A DNA stretch of 64,000 nucleotides, taken from NCBI RefSeq assembly GCF_009914755.1, contig NC_060947.1. One strand, written 5' to 3'. The stretch's first letter is position 1. Each line of letters begins with the position of its first letter. The translations under genes and the position numbers were made by a program. Of this stretch, positions 33,598-47,879 are shown in pieces. This DNA is from the human T2T-CHM13v2.0 reference genome, Homo sapiens. The notes below the pieces were generated by a model. It was not told where the DNA came from, did no database searches, and was given only the letters and a program-made list of their open reading frames with translations.

Positions 33598-34204
33598 CGA
33601 ATGTAAATTAGTCCAGCCACTCCAGAAAGCAGTCTGGAGATTTCTCACAGAACTTAAAACAGAGCTACTATTCAACCTAGCAGTCCCATTACTAGGTATA
33701 TACACAAAGGAAAGTAAATCATTCTACCAAAAAGACACATGCACTTGTATGTTCATTGCTGCACGATTCACAATAGCTAAGACATGGAATCAACCCATGT
33801 GCCCATCAATGGTAGATTGGATAAAGAAAATGTGGTACATGTACACCATGGAATACTATGCAGCCATTTACAAAAATGAAATCATATCATTTGCAGCAAC
33901 AAGGATGGAGCTGGAGGCCATTATCCTAAGTGAATTAACACAGGAACAGAAAGCCATATACCACATGTTCTCACTTATAAGTGGGAGCTAAACATTGAGC
34001 ACACATGGACATAAACGTGGGAACAATAGACACTGCAGACTACTAGAGGGTGGCATGGGTTGAAAAACTATCTATTGGGTACTACACTCACTACTTGGGT
34101 GATGGGATCCATACCTCAAACCTCAGCATCACGCAGTATTCCCATGTAACAAATCTGCACATGCACACCCTGTATCTAAAATAAAAGTTGAAATTAAAAA
34201 AAAA
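33598..34204 (+). mobile_element. 5'-truncated L1 (old L1PA/L1PB) ORF2 end, 3'UTR and A tail
   Basis: ORF 33749 [40 protein letters not shown] is the L1 ORF2 C-terminus; ends aaataaaagttgaaattaaaaaaaa. Confidence 0.93.
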
Positions 34205-34209
34205 TGGCC

Positions 34210-35115
34210 CATTCATTGCAATTTGTCAATATCTCTTTTCTCTTTTAATCTACAAGTCCTTTAAGTTTTTCAAAATTTCCTATTTATTTGTCGAAGAATC
34301 TGGGTTGCTTGACCTGTAGAATTTTCCAGGGTCTAGATTTTGCCAGTTGGATCCCTACGTTGAGATTTAACATCTTATTTTGTTTCCTGTATTTTCCATA
34401 AATTGATAAATTGGTAGTTAAACACAGAGACTTGCTCAGATTCAGGTTTGATTCTTTGGCAAGAATATTTCATAAGGAGTGTTGTATACGGGAGACACAT
34501 AGTATCCAGTGGTTTCTCTTTCTGTGATGTTAACAGCAATTAATGATCATTGTTTAGGTACATTAATTCATTAGAGGTTATTCTAATTCTGTCATTCCTT
34601 CTTTGATTGTTAGCTGGAATACTTCTATGAACAGAAACTTTCCCTTATTTATTATTTGGTTACTGTGAGGCAGCCTTTGTTAAAAGAAGGCAAGATAAAT
34701 GCTTGTTTCTTTCCTTTTATTTACCAGTTTTTATACAAGTGAATTGCTTCCTTTGCATCCACAAAGGTGATTAACAAGAGTTTAATTTTGGAGTTTTTTT
34801 TAAGTGATTTTATGAACTCATGGATTTTTCAAATATTTGATGCATTTAAATTAATTTCCATTGTTATTATTATTGATATTCCAATTATCCCCTATTTGGT
34901 TAATGGACTCTTCAAGTTGGCGCCCTAGTTCTTTTGATACAGCACCAGGATTATTATAGTTTCTTTGCTTTCTGGCATAACAGGGTGATCCAGGCTCATC
35001 TTACACATTTTTCTTGTCCTTGCTATTTCTCCAAAAAGTCCTGGTTCCTTTTAGTGGGAATTAGTATTTAGTAATCACAATCTGGGTCATGGGGTGCTCA
35101 TTACTATTAGGCTAG
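34210..35115 (-). mobile_element. Old L1M 3' fragments
   Basis: Diverged L1MC/ME-like 3'UTR (ttctttgctttctggcataacagggtgatccaggctcatctt). Confidence 0.6.
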
Positions 35116-35421
35116 CTCTTCTTATTTAATAATACATTCTTCTTTCTAGTTATAAAGATAATACATATTCACTCTATAACATTTGGAAGATACCAAAAAT
35201 AATAGAGACTATCACTGTTTATATTTTGGTGTACCACATATGCCCATATATGAGTGAGGTTTTCTCCTGAAATTATCCCTCAGAAAAGAAGGCATCACTT
35301 TATATGTGAGTTCTTATAAAACCTCTTTCATTATGGGATGACCTCTATTTGGGCAAGACATATTAGTTTGAAATGATCTTAACTCCTGAGAGTTTTGGAT
35401 GTTTATAGAAGTCACCTTGGA

Positions 35422-35460
35422 GCTCCAGTGGCACAATCGGTTAGTGCGTGGTGCTTCTAC
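35422..35460 (+). pseudogene. tRNA-Ile(UAU) 5'-half tailless retropseudogene
   Basis: gctccagtggcacaatcggttagtgcgtggtgcttcta versus tRNA-Ile-TAT GCTCCAGTGGCGCAATCGGTTAGCGCGCGGTACTTATA (differences mostly CpG decay); TSD agaagtcacct at 35407-35417 and 35461-35471. Confidence 0.88.
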
Positions 35461-36486
35461 AGAAGTCACCTGATAAAATTTGTAGAATGGAGGCAAAAAA
35501 ATTTAGCACGGATTCAGTAATTAGGCCTGGGTATATGACCTCACATTGCCAAATACTGAATGATGTTATAAATGAACCCTTTAAAAATAATCTTTTTTTC
35601 TAGGGCAGAAAGCATTAAGTATACATGTACATGATGAATGAAAAATCCAATATTCTCATGTTATGGAGATGGACACTTTTAGTTGGGATAAAATTTCTAG
35701 TGACAGCATCATACACAGGTTCAAATAATTATGTATCTCAGACAGAATGGATTTGATGGAGATGCAGACTCTAGAGAACTGTGGGCTTCAAACTTATTTA
35801 CTTGTCAAGCCACTGAGAGAATTTTGAAAAGCAATATACTTTCTCATACTTTAAATTGGTATTTAAAGTTTTAATCACAAGGTTAAGTGGTTACAGAGGA
35901 TGCAATTCTAGCATATTGTAAATATTGACATTTCAGAATAAAACTGCTTCAAATGCTTGCCACTCTTGGGAAAAAAATAGAATAAAACTGCTATGTCAGT
36001 CTTTAAATTTGTTTAAGGAAATCTAAATTCTATAATGATTCAATAAACCCATCTTCCCCTAAAAAAGCTCACAAATTATTTTAAAAATTTATGTTGTTAT
36101 AATTTTCTATGTAATAATAATTACATTTCATTTTCCTCACAGAATTTTATCCTAACACAGGGAAGTCTCTCTATCATATTTCTTGGCAACAAATTGTACG
36201 TGTGCATGTGTGTGTATTTGAAATGTGAAAAAATTTTCCCCGTGATCATAAGGCATGTTACCAAATTGATCCCAGATAGAGTTACACAGTGGATCAAATT
36301 ATACAATTGATCAAATTACAAATATTTGACAAATTTTGGTAAATGTTTATCAAACTTAAAAAATTATATTGGAAAAGAATCTCTCAATGAGATAGATGAG
36401 ACCTTTTCTCCTTAATTGATGTATTAAAAGTAAATATTATTCATTGCCAGAATGAGACTGCATTTGGCATCAGTTATATTACTAGT

Positions 36487-36575
36487 TTCCTTCCTTCCTT
36501 CCTTCCTTCCTTCCTTCCTTCCTTCCTTCCTTCCTTCCTTCCTCTCCCTCCCTCCCTCCCTCTCTCTCTCTCTCT
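36487..36575. repeat. (TTCC)n/(CCCT)n/(CT)n microsatellite from an Alu tail
   Basis: Direct reading. Confidence 0.95.
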
Positions 36576-36577
36576 TC

Positions 36578-36822
36578 TTTTTAAGAGACAGAGTCCTGCT
36601 CTGTCACCTAGGCTGCTCACTGCAGTGTTGATCGCTGAGGCTCAAGCAATCCTTCCACCCCAGCCTCCTGAGTAGCTGGGACTACAGGTGTGCACCAGCA
36701 CGCCCAGCTAATTTCTTTTTTTGTGGAAGCGGGGTCTTGCTATGTTGCCTAGACTGGTCTTGAACTCCTGGCCTCAAGCCATCCTCCTGCCTTAGCCTTC
36801 CAAAGTGCCACCACACCCGGCC
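36578..36822 (-). mobile_element. AluJ
   Basis: Diverged, internally deleted Alu. Confidence 0.88.
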
Positions 36823-38324
36823 ACTTATTTTCATTTTCTGTAAATGGAAGTTCTGAGAAAACTTGTTTATATAAACAGAAAGTTGGAAATGGAAAGAGTT
36901 TTGTTTATAGCTATGTCACTTAAGTCTTTGAATTTTCTCCCAGTTAGATGCCAAAAATCACATGATAATCTATCATCAGAAATTATTTTTAATCGTCTGT
37001 TAGCTGACAACTCAATTTGGTCTTCCTTCAATTTTGTTGAAAGCAAAGACTTAGAAACCACCTTAAGTGCAAAAAAATTTGTTATGTAGTCATTAAGGTC
37101 TTTCACCTTCTCGACACTGATGCCGGTACCGTATTTGGAATTAACCCTTTGTTTGGCACCCTGGAGGTTTTTACATGCTTGTACAACATCCTATGGTAAA
37201 GGTAGAAAGGGGAGACTATGAAAGGGGAGGCAGACATGAGAACCTGCTCCTCTATCATAAATGTACTTTCAGGAGGTCGGTTTTTGGAAAAGAGTCTATA
37301 AATTTGAGGATCTGGGGACAGATTCTTTTAAAACTGTCACCAATGTACCACTTGGAAAACCTTTACTGTACTCCCAAGTGTATGCATTAACCCAGCTGGA
37401 GATTCTAGAATCTCGCTGTGAAAAGACTCAGAACATGATTCTGGTGATCACAAGCATGTAAGGAATGAGGATAGCATTATTTTATGCAATGTGAATGGGG
37501 GAAAAGAGAAATATTTTGAAATTAACATTCAGTTTATATTATATGTGATATTAAATAAGTATGTATAATTAATAATTAAATACTATAAGTAGATATTTGG
37601 CTATTTCATCCACATCCATAAGGGTTTAGATTATTATATAAGCTTGACAAAATGATTTTTGAGGGCAAACTTCACATTGATCCATACTTGGGTTGTTTCC
37701 ACCTTTTGGCTATTGTGAGTACTGCTGCTATGAACACGGGTATACAAATATCTCTTTGAGATCATGCTTTCAGTAGCCGATTTACTTTTGTATTTTGCTT
37801 TGGCTGTATAATGTAAAAAATTTTAACTCATACGGATAAATAGTTGCAAATGGTAACAATTTGTAATAGCTCACCATGGAGTGTTATAACTCATCTGAAT
37901 GTAAACTCATCTATAACACACAAGGCAAATTATGAGACATTTTAGTTCCAAAGTCAATCATTAGCAATACCTAAAAGCTTTTCTGTTTTTTTTAAACCAG
38001 TATGTGTACAATTTGGAAAGGATTTCTAGCCAGCTAAAATTTGTATCTTCTGATACAATTTCTGATGCTTTAAAGGAATTTTTGACCTCTCATTGTTCTT
38101 TTTTTTTTGTAAGCTATTCTCTCAAATGTTAAAAACAATCAGAGACATTTTGGGTTTTTTTTTTTTTTGAGGACTTCATACTTTGTTTCAGTTTCATTTT
38201 TAGCATTTATTTGTAATTTCAAAACTTGATAACAGTGTAACAGTGTAACTCTCTCTCTTGCAACAGTGTAACTCTTGTAACAGTGTAACTCTCTCTATTG
38301 CCAAAATGATTGCTTCTAATAGTA

Positions 38325-38735
38325 AATATCTAGTCAACAAATATTTATGGGACAGCCCATATCAGGTCCACAATTCACAAATAATGAAGAAAACATACGT
38401 AATCCTTGGCTTCATGGAACTCACAGTTTACTAGGGTTGATGAATAGTAAATAAGTAAACAGACAACTAAATAATTTTAAACCATGGGTTTTTATAATAG
38501 AAAATAACAGTCTACTGTAAGAATAACAGGGATAAATGCTTTAGGTGAGATGGGCAGCGAAGGCCTCTCTGAAGAGGTGACATTTAAGATGAGCCCTCAT
38601 GGCAAGAAGGAACCTGCAATAATATGGGAAAAGAGCATTCAAACAGTGGGAGTAGCACGGACAGTGATTCTACAGCCTGAAAGAACTTGACGTGTTTGAA
38701 AAACTGAAACAAGATCCATGTAGTGGAAGCATATT
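38325..38735 (-). mobile_element. L2 3' fragment
   Basis: caacaaatatttatg...cttcatggaactcacagttta...gaaggcctctctgaagaggtgacatttaag. Confidence 0.8.
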
Positions 38736-38738
38736 CAG

Positions 38739-39214
38739 TATATTCATTTCCTGTCACTGCTGCAAAAACTTACCACAAAGTTAATGGCTAAAAACAACAC
38801 ACATTTACAGTTCGCGGGGGGGTCAGAAGTCTGACCCGAACTTTATGGGGCCAAAGTTGAAGTGTCACCAGGGCTGTGGTCTTTCTGCAGGCTCTAAGGG
38901 AGAATGAGTCTCCTTGCCTTTTCCAGCTTCTAGAGGCCACCTGCATTCCTTGGCTCATGGCCCCTTCCTCTATCTTCAGAGTACATCATTCCGACATCTG
39001 CTTCAGTCCTCACATCACCTCTCACTCTGACTCTCCTGCCTCCCTCTAAGAACCCTTGTGATTGCGTTGGGCCCACCTGGATAATGCAGGATCATCTCCC
39101 CATCTCAAGATCCACAATCACATCTGCAAAGCCTCTCTTGCCATGTAAGGTGACATTTACAAGTTCCAGAGATTAGGACATGGAAATTTTGGGGGCTGTT
39201 TTTCTGCCTGCCAC
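38739..39214 (-). mobile_element. MLT1C-like LTR
   Basis: ttaccacaaag...gcttctagaggccacctgcattccttggctcatggcccc...gattaggacatgga...tctgcctgccac. Confidence 0.88.
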
Positions 39215-39299
39215 CTTCAGGGAGTAGAGAAATGAGAAACAAAGCTGTATAAATGAGTGTACTATGTTCTATTTCAGAGATGTTTTAGTTAGCAGAGTT

Positions 39300-40204
<905 letters not shown>

Positions 40205-40254
40205 AAAGTGTTTCATTATTAAAGGAAGAAGAAGAAAATGGAAATTTGTCTCTG

Positions 40255-40500
40255 CAACAAATTTCTTTATAAAAGCATATTGATTTCATGTTTTATTTTA
40301 AGAATTAGTATTAGCACCTTCCCTTGAGACAGCCATTGGCCTCCAGTATAAAATGGAAATTATGACACTTGCTGCCATATAATTATAAAAAGTTCTGACA
40401 AGTTTGCAATTTAAGGAATGCTCCTTAATAAAATTGACAGTTTGCCTGGCGTCATTCAACCTTATTTTGAAAAATGCTGACATCACACTAATGCTTAGAG
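40255..40500 (-). mobile_element. hAT-Charlie/Buster transposase fossil (central region)
   Basis: ORF 40298..40486 LNDARQTVNFIKEHSLNCKL resembles LxDAVKxVNFIKARPLNSRLF; the alternate frame caatggctgtctcaagggaagg gives QWLSQGK (RWLSRGK motif). Confidence 0.7.
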
Positions 40501-40899
40501 CTTGTCTAAATAGAATAAGAACTAGTGTAGTTGAAAGCAGTGTGGAGCCAGCATTGATACAAGTTGCTATTTCTCCAATTTATTCAGTAAAATGCTTACC
40601 ACTTTATTATTGACTTTTGGGTCATAAATTAAAACTTATCAACATACTTAAAGACTGTGTTCCTGTTGAATAAGTGGTAAGTGTTTATATACAAGAGCCT
40701 TCCTCATAGTCATCTGGAAGAACATATACATAAAAATAGGCAAAAAGGACAAATACACAAATCCATTCACTTATGCTGATGAATTGCAGACTTGACATAA
40801 CATATGCTCTTGAACAGATTCATAAGATATGTAGACTCTTGGATCCTATTTCAGCTGTTTCAGATAATAGTACTACTGATATGTTTGCAGCAGTTTGCT

Positions 40900-41015
40900 T
40901 ATCTATCATTCATTCAGAAAATATCAGTTGAGCACCTACTATTTATCAAGCACTATTCTAGGTGCTTGGGGTACATCAATGAATAAAAGAGACAAATATC
41001 TCTTCCCTTCATGGA
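40900..41015 (-). mobile_element. L2 3' end
   Basis: cattcattcagaaaatatcagttgagcacctact...cactattctaggtgcttggggtacatcaatgaataaaagagac. Confidence 0.8.
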
Positions 41016-41069
41016 ATTTACATTTGTGTTGCAATACCCATAGATCACGGTTTACTAAGCACTTAAACA

Positions 41070-41900
41070 TGCAACATTTTTATTGAAATGTGCTCTATAT
41101 ACAGAAAAGCACACAAATTATAATCGAAAAGATGGATGAATTTTCCTAAAATGAACAAACCAGCGTAACCAGAACCCCAGATGCCCTTTGTATTGCCTCG
41201 GTCACTACCCTCTGGGAGTGACCACTATCCCGATTTCTAACACCACAGATTAGCTTTGCCTGCTTTTCAACTTTATATAAATGGAATCATACAGTACATG
41301 CTCTTCTGTAGCTGGATTCTTTTTCTCAACATTTTGTTCGTGGGATTCGTCAGGTGGTTTTGCATAGTTGTAGTTAGTTTATTCTCTTTACTATACAGTA
41401 TTCCGTTGTGTGAGTATGCTACACTCTTCTTACCCATTCTCCTGTTGATGGATATTTGGTTGTCTTACATTTTGGGGTATTATGAATAGTGTTAAACATT
41501 CTTGTACATGCCTTTCAGTGGATATTTGCATGCATTTCATTTGGGTATGAAACTAGGCATGGAATTGCAGCCTCATAGGGAATGCTTATGTTCTACTTTA
41601 ATAGATATTGACAGTTTTCCAAAGTGTTTGAACCAATTTACTCTTCCTCCAGCAATGTAGAAAAAGTTTTAGTTGCCCACATCCTTGTCAGCACTTGGTA
41701 TTGTCTGTCTTTCTGATTTTAGCTATTTTATAGATTTGTGGTAATATGGCATTATAGTTTTAATTTGCATTTCCTTGATGGCTAAGTGGGGCTCTTTCCC
41801 TGCATTTATTATACTCGTTTGGATATCCACTTTTTTGAAGTGTCTGATCAAGTCTTTTGCCCATTTTTCTATTGAATTGTCTACTTTTTTCTAATATGCT
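41070..41900 (-). mobile_element. Old L1M 3' fragment
   Basis: aaatggaatcatacagtacatgctcttctg...attttaatttgcatttccttgatg-type L1 sequence. Confidence 0.85.
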
Positions 41901-42429
41901 TTTCTATATGTGCATTTTGGCATCTTGCATTGAAAGATCCTATGTGTACTTATATAATCAGGTTTAAATTTTGTTTGCATAATTTTTCCAATAACATTAA
42001 GCTGTTTAATTTATGCTGAAAGAACTTAGAGCCTTATTTTTATGCTCACTGTGAGTTGTTTCAAAATGATGCTGTAACTTGGCAAGGACTGCAGAACTAT
42101 TTTGAAAAATTTCACTGCTTCAACTATGCTGATGACTTGTGCACTGTTTTAACATGATAAAAGCTTAGTGCTATAACAAATTCAGCCACCATTTTATTCT
42201 GCCTTTAAATGACATCGTGAGAGCATTTTAGGTACATTATTTTCATTTTATGTACTGCCAGTTGCTAGAGAAAGATTCATTTGATTCCAATATGCTATTT
42301 TTTGTTGTTCATCTCCAACCCAATCAATCTTATCACTCCCATCACTGGGTTTTTGTTTAAAAATGTCCTCTTTTTAATCTGTAATCCATTTCTGGCTTTA
42401 CAGGTAATAATTGCAAACCATCTGAAAAA

Positions 42430-42640
42430 ATTGTAAATAATAATAGCCCACAGAAACTGCCTTGTACAAGGCACAGTTCTGTACTTTCTGTACTTTAACT
42501 CATTTAAACCATATGAGGTAGGTGCTATTATCAGCTTCATTTTACAGGTGATGAAATAGAGGCTTGGGAGAAGTAACTTGGCAAAGTTGCTGTTAATTGG
42601 GAAACTCAGAATTCAAACCCTCATGCCTAAGCTTTACTTC
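42430..42640 (-). mobile_element. MIR
   Basis: ccatatgaggtaggtgctattatc...cattttacaggtgatgaaatagaggct. Confidence 0.8.
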
Positions 42641-43481
42641 CCCCAGCCCCTTTATCTGGGTCTGTCAGCTTGACATGGCAGATTTCCCACTATCAGCATG
42701 ATCATTGGCACACTTCACTCTTTCTTCTTACTTCCTCCACAGAGCACATTCAGCATATTTATACACTTCTGCCTCTTCCTTACATGGGTCAGAGCCTGGT
42801 CCTCTTTTTTTTTTTTTTCTTGTCTGACATTTGGATTTGGGGCAGAGAGAGAGAGGCCCTTTTTGGATCTTGAGCCTCAGCAATACTCTCTATCCTCGAT
42901 TTGAGAGCTCTGTCTCAGTATTTTGGGCATAAACTCAGCTAATGACAAAGCTGTACTGTGACTTCCCATTTGCTGCTGTCCCTAATGTAAATCTCAATGG
43001 GATAGCAGAAATGTTTTGGTCCCTACAAATGATGCCGGGGGTTATTAAATATGATTTTCATTTAGAAAGTAGAGCCCCTGGGTGGCTCTTATGTTTGTTT
43101 TGGGAAACAAATTGGCCCTTCTCTAGTGTTCTGAATATTAAAATAGAATTGGGTGTGGAGTTCTGTCTTGGACCTCATCCAAATGATTCTAATTATCAAG
43201 GCATGCTGACGACCAGGTATAAAAGTAGTTTTGCCTACAAAATAGTCTTATGGTCTAGATCCCAAGTATAATATAGGAATAAAGCTTTGGTTGTTTATTT
43301 GTATCTTCTCGTAACTGTGACTTTTTAAAAAAATGGACACTTCTTTCTTCTGCTATGATCAAGTGCCTAAAATTATAAAATATCTATGTCTTCAAAGAGG
43401 GAGAGAGTAAAACGGAAACTCGGTAGAAAAAAAAATAACTTTTTCCCCTCTTTTATCTTTAACTTCCATAAGTTGGGGGAG

Positions 43482-44030
43482 GTATCTTAGTCAGGGTTCT
43501 CTAAAGGGACAGAACTAATAGGATAGATGTATATATGAAGTGGAGTTTATTAGGAGAATTGACTCACACGATCACAAGGTGAAGTCCCACAACAGGCCAT
43601 CTGCTAGTTGAGGTGCCAGGAAGCCAGTCCGAGTCCCAAAACCTCAAAAGTAGGGAAGCTGACAGCACAGCCTTCAGCCTGTGGCCAAGGGCTTGAGAGC
43701 CCCTGGCAAATCACTGATGTAAGTCCAAGAGTCCCAAAGCTGAAGAACTTGGAGTCCGATGTTCAAGGGCAGGAAGCATCTAGCACAGGAGAAAGATGAA
43801 GGCCAGAAGACTCAGCCAGTCTAGTCCCTCCATGTTCCTCTGCCTGCTTTATTCTAGCCACACTGGCAGCCGAATAGATGGTGCCCACTCAGACTGAGGG
43901 TGGGTCTGACTCTCCCAGCCCACTGATTCAAATGTTAATCTCCTCTAGCAAGACCCTCACAGACACACCCAGGAATAATACTTTGCATCCTTCAATCTGC
44001 TCAAGTTGACACTCACTATTAACTATCATA
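43482..44030 (-). mobile_element. MLT2A-like (ERVL) LTR
   Basis: ttagtcagggttctctaaagggacagaactaatagg...ccctcacagacacacccaggaataatactttgcatcc...caagttgacactcactattaactatca. Confidence 0.9.
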
Positions 44031-44219
44031 GGAGGCTTTGGCTTTTTTTTTTTTTTTTTTTTTTTTCAGTGGTGGCATTAATGGCTCTGGAACACCACAA
44101 GTGTGAGTTTGTCTAAACTGTATTTAGTGGAAATTATTAAGTGGAGGCCTGAGAGTCAGGCTCACTGTCTGGAATTTGCTCTCTAACCTGCTGTGGTTTG
44201 CTAGCATTTTATCAGCTGA

Positions 44220-44551
<332 letters not shown>

Positions 44552-45868
44552 AAAGCCACATTTTTTATCTGTCTGGCAGAGTCCACTGTGCTTGGGTAAC
44601 AATTAGAGCCCAAAGCAAGTGGCATAAATTATGAGAACTGAAATCCTAACAATGAAAGACAAGGAGTTTATCAAGAACGTTTTGTTGCCTCTGGATCTTG
44701 GATCTTTTTCACTCCTTCTATGAGTCATTCCAGTTCTACTCACTGTTTAGCTTTCTTGAACGGTAGGAATGTGCTCAAGAGAATAGCAATAATTTATCCC
44801 CCACCCCTTAAGATACCTTTTTCTTTTCATCTACTGTGTTCTAATTTTGTCATCTTTGCTAATGGATCTTGGGTGGGGGAATACTTTATGACTTGTTTGG
44901 CAATCAATCCAGAAGTTTCCACCAAGTATAGTGAAAGAGAAAAATCAATTTCCTTAAGACACGTGGTACAAATTATTTGATGCCAGCCTGAGTAATTTTA
45001 CAAAATGACCTCCCTTGCTTTACAGCTTGCTTTTTTTTTTCACAAGTATTTATTAATTTATCCAAAATGAGAAAATTTAAGAGAGTATTCATATGCTTGG
45101 CAGGCCTATTTTCAATATCGCACAATAAATTACTGTGACGTGAACATGCCTGGGTCTCACTTCAGATACTGGTGGACTTGCATGAACAGTAAACATCCAG
45201 ATTTCCTAGCTCATGAGAGACTCCCAGCCTTCATAATGTCCCTTTCTCCCCCAAAGGATTTCTGTTAGTCATTAGAGGGAGGCTTGCAAGTGCTCATGAA
45301 CCACTGTGCAGGGTCAGCCATCCTGTTTCTCTCACTCTCCAAGTCCTCCTAGTTGATGGCTTTTGTTCATCATGCTGCTTGACGGTGCCTCTGGTTGCCA
45401 CTGCGTTGCCTCTGGTGCTTTTTGTGAGAACACCAAAAGGGCTGTTTTGATGCTCACAGAGGCACTCATCCTCGGAGCCATGGTAAGGCTTTACAGAGTA
45501 CAGAGACCACCCATTCCCCAGCTCTGGGTTGTGCCTTGTCACCAGAGAGACCTAAGAATTGCTTTTGTTACCCCCAAGTCATAACTCATAGGATCTTTAA
45601 TGAAAATGGTCCTTTCAGTTTTGGCCTGCACTTCTCTTATTTGGAACTCAAGCTCTGTTGCTGAGGCCCATTGGATAACTAGTACCAAGATGTTCTCCAT
45701 TTTCCCTTCACCTCTCATTCCTGCCTCTATCTGGGCTCAATCCCCTCTCACTTTATTAAAAAAGCATATTAACATGCACATAAATAAACTCTTTTGTTTC
45801 AGGGGCTGTGCTGGTGTCTCAAGACTCATGGTCTCAGACTGATCAGGGCGCATGCTCTGGTTAAGTAG

Positions 45869-46214
<346 letters not shown>

Positions 46215-46574
46215 AGAACCTTCATACTTTGAGAAGCTGGTGAGCACTGGGATGAGCCCCGATAATTTCTGTTATATCCCCTGTGAGCAGCCCACTTGGC
46301 TGCTCTGCCTGCCACTGCCATTCTCTTCCTGATTATCCTTGCTTTGTTTCCTCTCTCACTTTGTTTGGATGAAATGTAACTTTGGTGAAATGCATTAGTG
46401 TTCAATCTGTTCTGTTTTGCTTCAGTGAAAGTTAGTGTTTCACTTCACCCTGTCCTTTGATCAGTGCATTTTAGAAGGAAGCAGATCACATTGGTGATAT
46501 TTTGAATGTGGCTATCACAATGTAGGTGATGCTGCCTTTTTCTTATTGCTCACAGTGCAGGGCAGGTGGGACTG

Positions 46575-46680
46575 CAGTGGTTCTCATATCTGGCTATACA
46601 TTAGAATCACCTGGGGAGCTTGAGACACCTACTAATGCCCAGGTCTGACCCCTCCAGAGACTCATTTAATTGGTCTGGAG
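46575..46680. mobile_element. MER5A-like fragment
   Basis: cagtggttctca...acattagaatcacctggggagctt...ttaattggtctggag. Confidence 0.75.
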
Positions 46681-47879
46681 CCCAGTAAGGACCATGTGTC
46701 AGATGAAGTTTTGATGCTGAAGAGACAGAGCATCTGACCTTTGATCCCAGGGACCACCCAATCTGTCAGAAATCACCATATACATCTTTGGTTTAGCATT
46801 ATCCCTTAATGTCTTTTACCAAAAAAATAAAATAAAATTCTGGGAACAACAAAATAGCTGGTCCAGAATGAAACTTCCAGCATCCAATTTAGCACACTGA
46901 AAACAGCCCATTTCATGAACACAAAAGTTTTTCAGATTTCATTCCCATTATCATACCTCTCCAGTTTTCTTTTCTTTTCTGTGGAGGAGAATATTCTCTG
47001 GTAACTCAGAAGAAAGGAATGAAGATGAGGTTGGGAACATCCATATCCAGGAGAATATGACGTTTTTCTGGGATTTGTGTAAGTTTAAATTAAGAACACA
47101 CCTGCACAAATGTCAGAAATAGGCCCCCATCCAATGCTATTTAAATAGGTCATTATTACAGTTGAATGCTGTGATGGTTTCCACACAAGAAAGCAGTAGG
47201 GATCTGAATAGGGAAAGGTGAGGATGGTGTGAGCAAGGCTGCCTCCAGAATCCTGCGGGTTCTGAACATTTTCCTGGAGCACGAGATCAACATGCATGTA
47301 GAACGGGGATTGGAGAATTCAGCATTGCAGCAGCTCCGTGGGTCTTCTTGATAAGTACATGCACATGTTGACATGGCAATAGAAAGCATCACTGCACTAA
47401 CTCAGATTGTGAGATAATTATGACTTATTCATAGCACTGCAGGCCGATTACAATAATGATTACATTTCTATTACAGTTTCCTCCCATCCTCCTTCCTGTC
47501 CCCAGGAAGCCTAAAGAATTTTACTCATTTATTTTCACCACGCGCCCATAGTTTAGTTGCATTCGCCTCTTTAAACCACAAAGACATGAACCGAAGGAAA
47601 AAGAAAGTTACTGAAGTTCCTGAAATAAGACAGAATTAAAACAGACCTAAACATCATTTGCATTTGTCTGCTTAGATTTTATTAAGTCATGAGAGAGCCA
47701 TAAGTACTCAGTGTAGGTTCTTGTAAGCTGGTCTTAGTAGCTAGAGCAACAGAGAAAGGCTGGAAGAATGATGTGGGTCATAGAGGAAAGACCATGTGTT
47801 ATTAGACTTCTCTTTGAAGGTACTGGAGTGGTGAGAAGAGGTAGCACTGGGGAGCATATTAATTCCTTCTCTTGGAAAC

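Larger units (their letters stand above)
35780..37110 (-). mobile_element. hAT-Charlie/Buster transposon fossil: transposase C-terminus and 3' non-coding end
   Basis: Minus strand reads EDQIELSANRRLK...SCDFW...FKDLSDIA, then after a frameshift LFPFPTFCLYKQVFSEL, and beyond the Alu ITDAKCSLILAMNNI. This resembles the hAT dimerisation domain (LLPFxSTYLCExGFS...RNRLDAExDLRLxLS). Confidence 0.75.

Noticed and set aside
35422-35495. Functional tRNA-Ile gene
   Set aside because: Only the 5' half is present; there is no T arm, B box or 3' acceptor strand.
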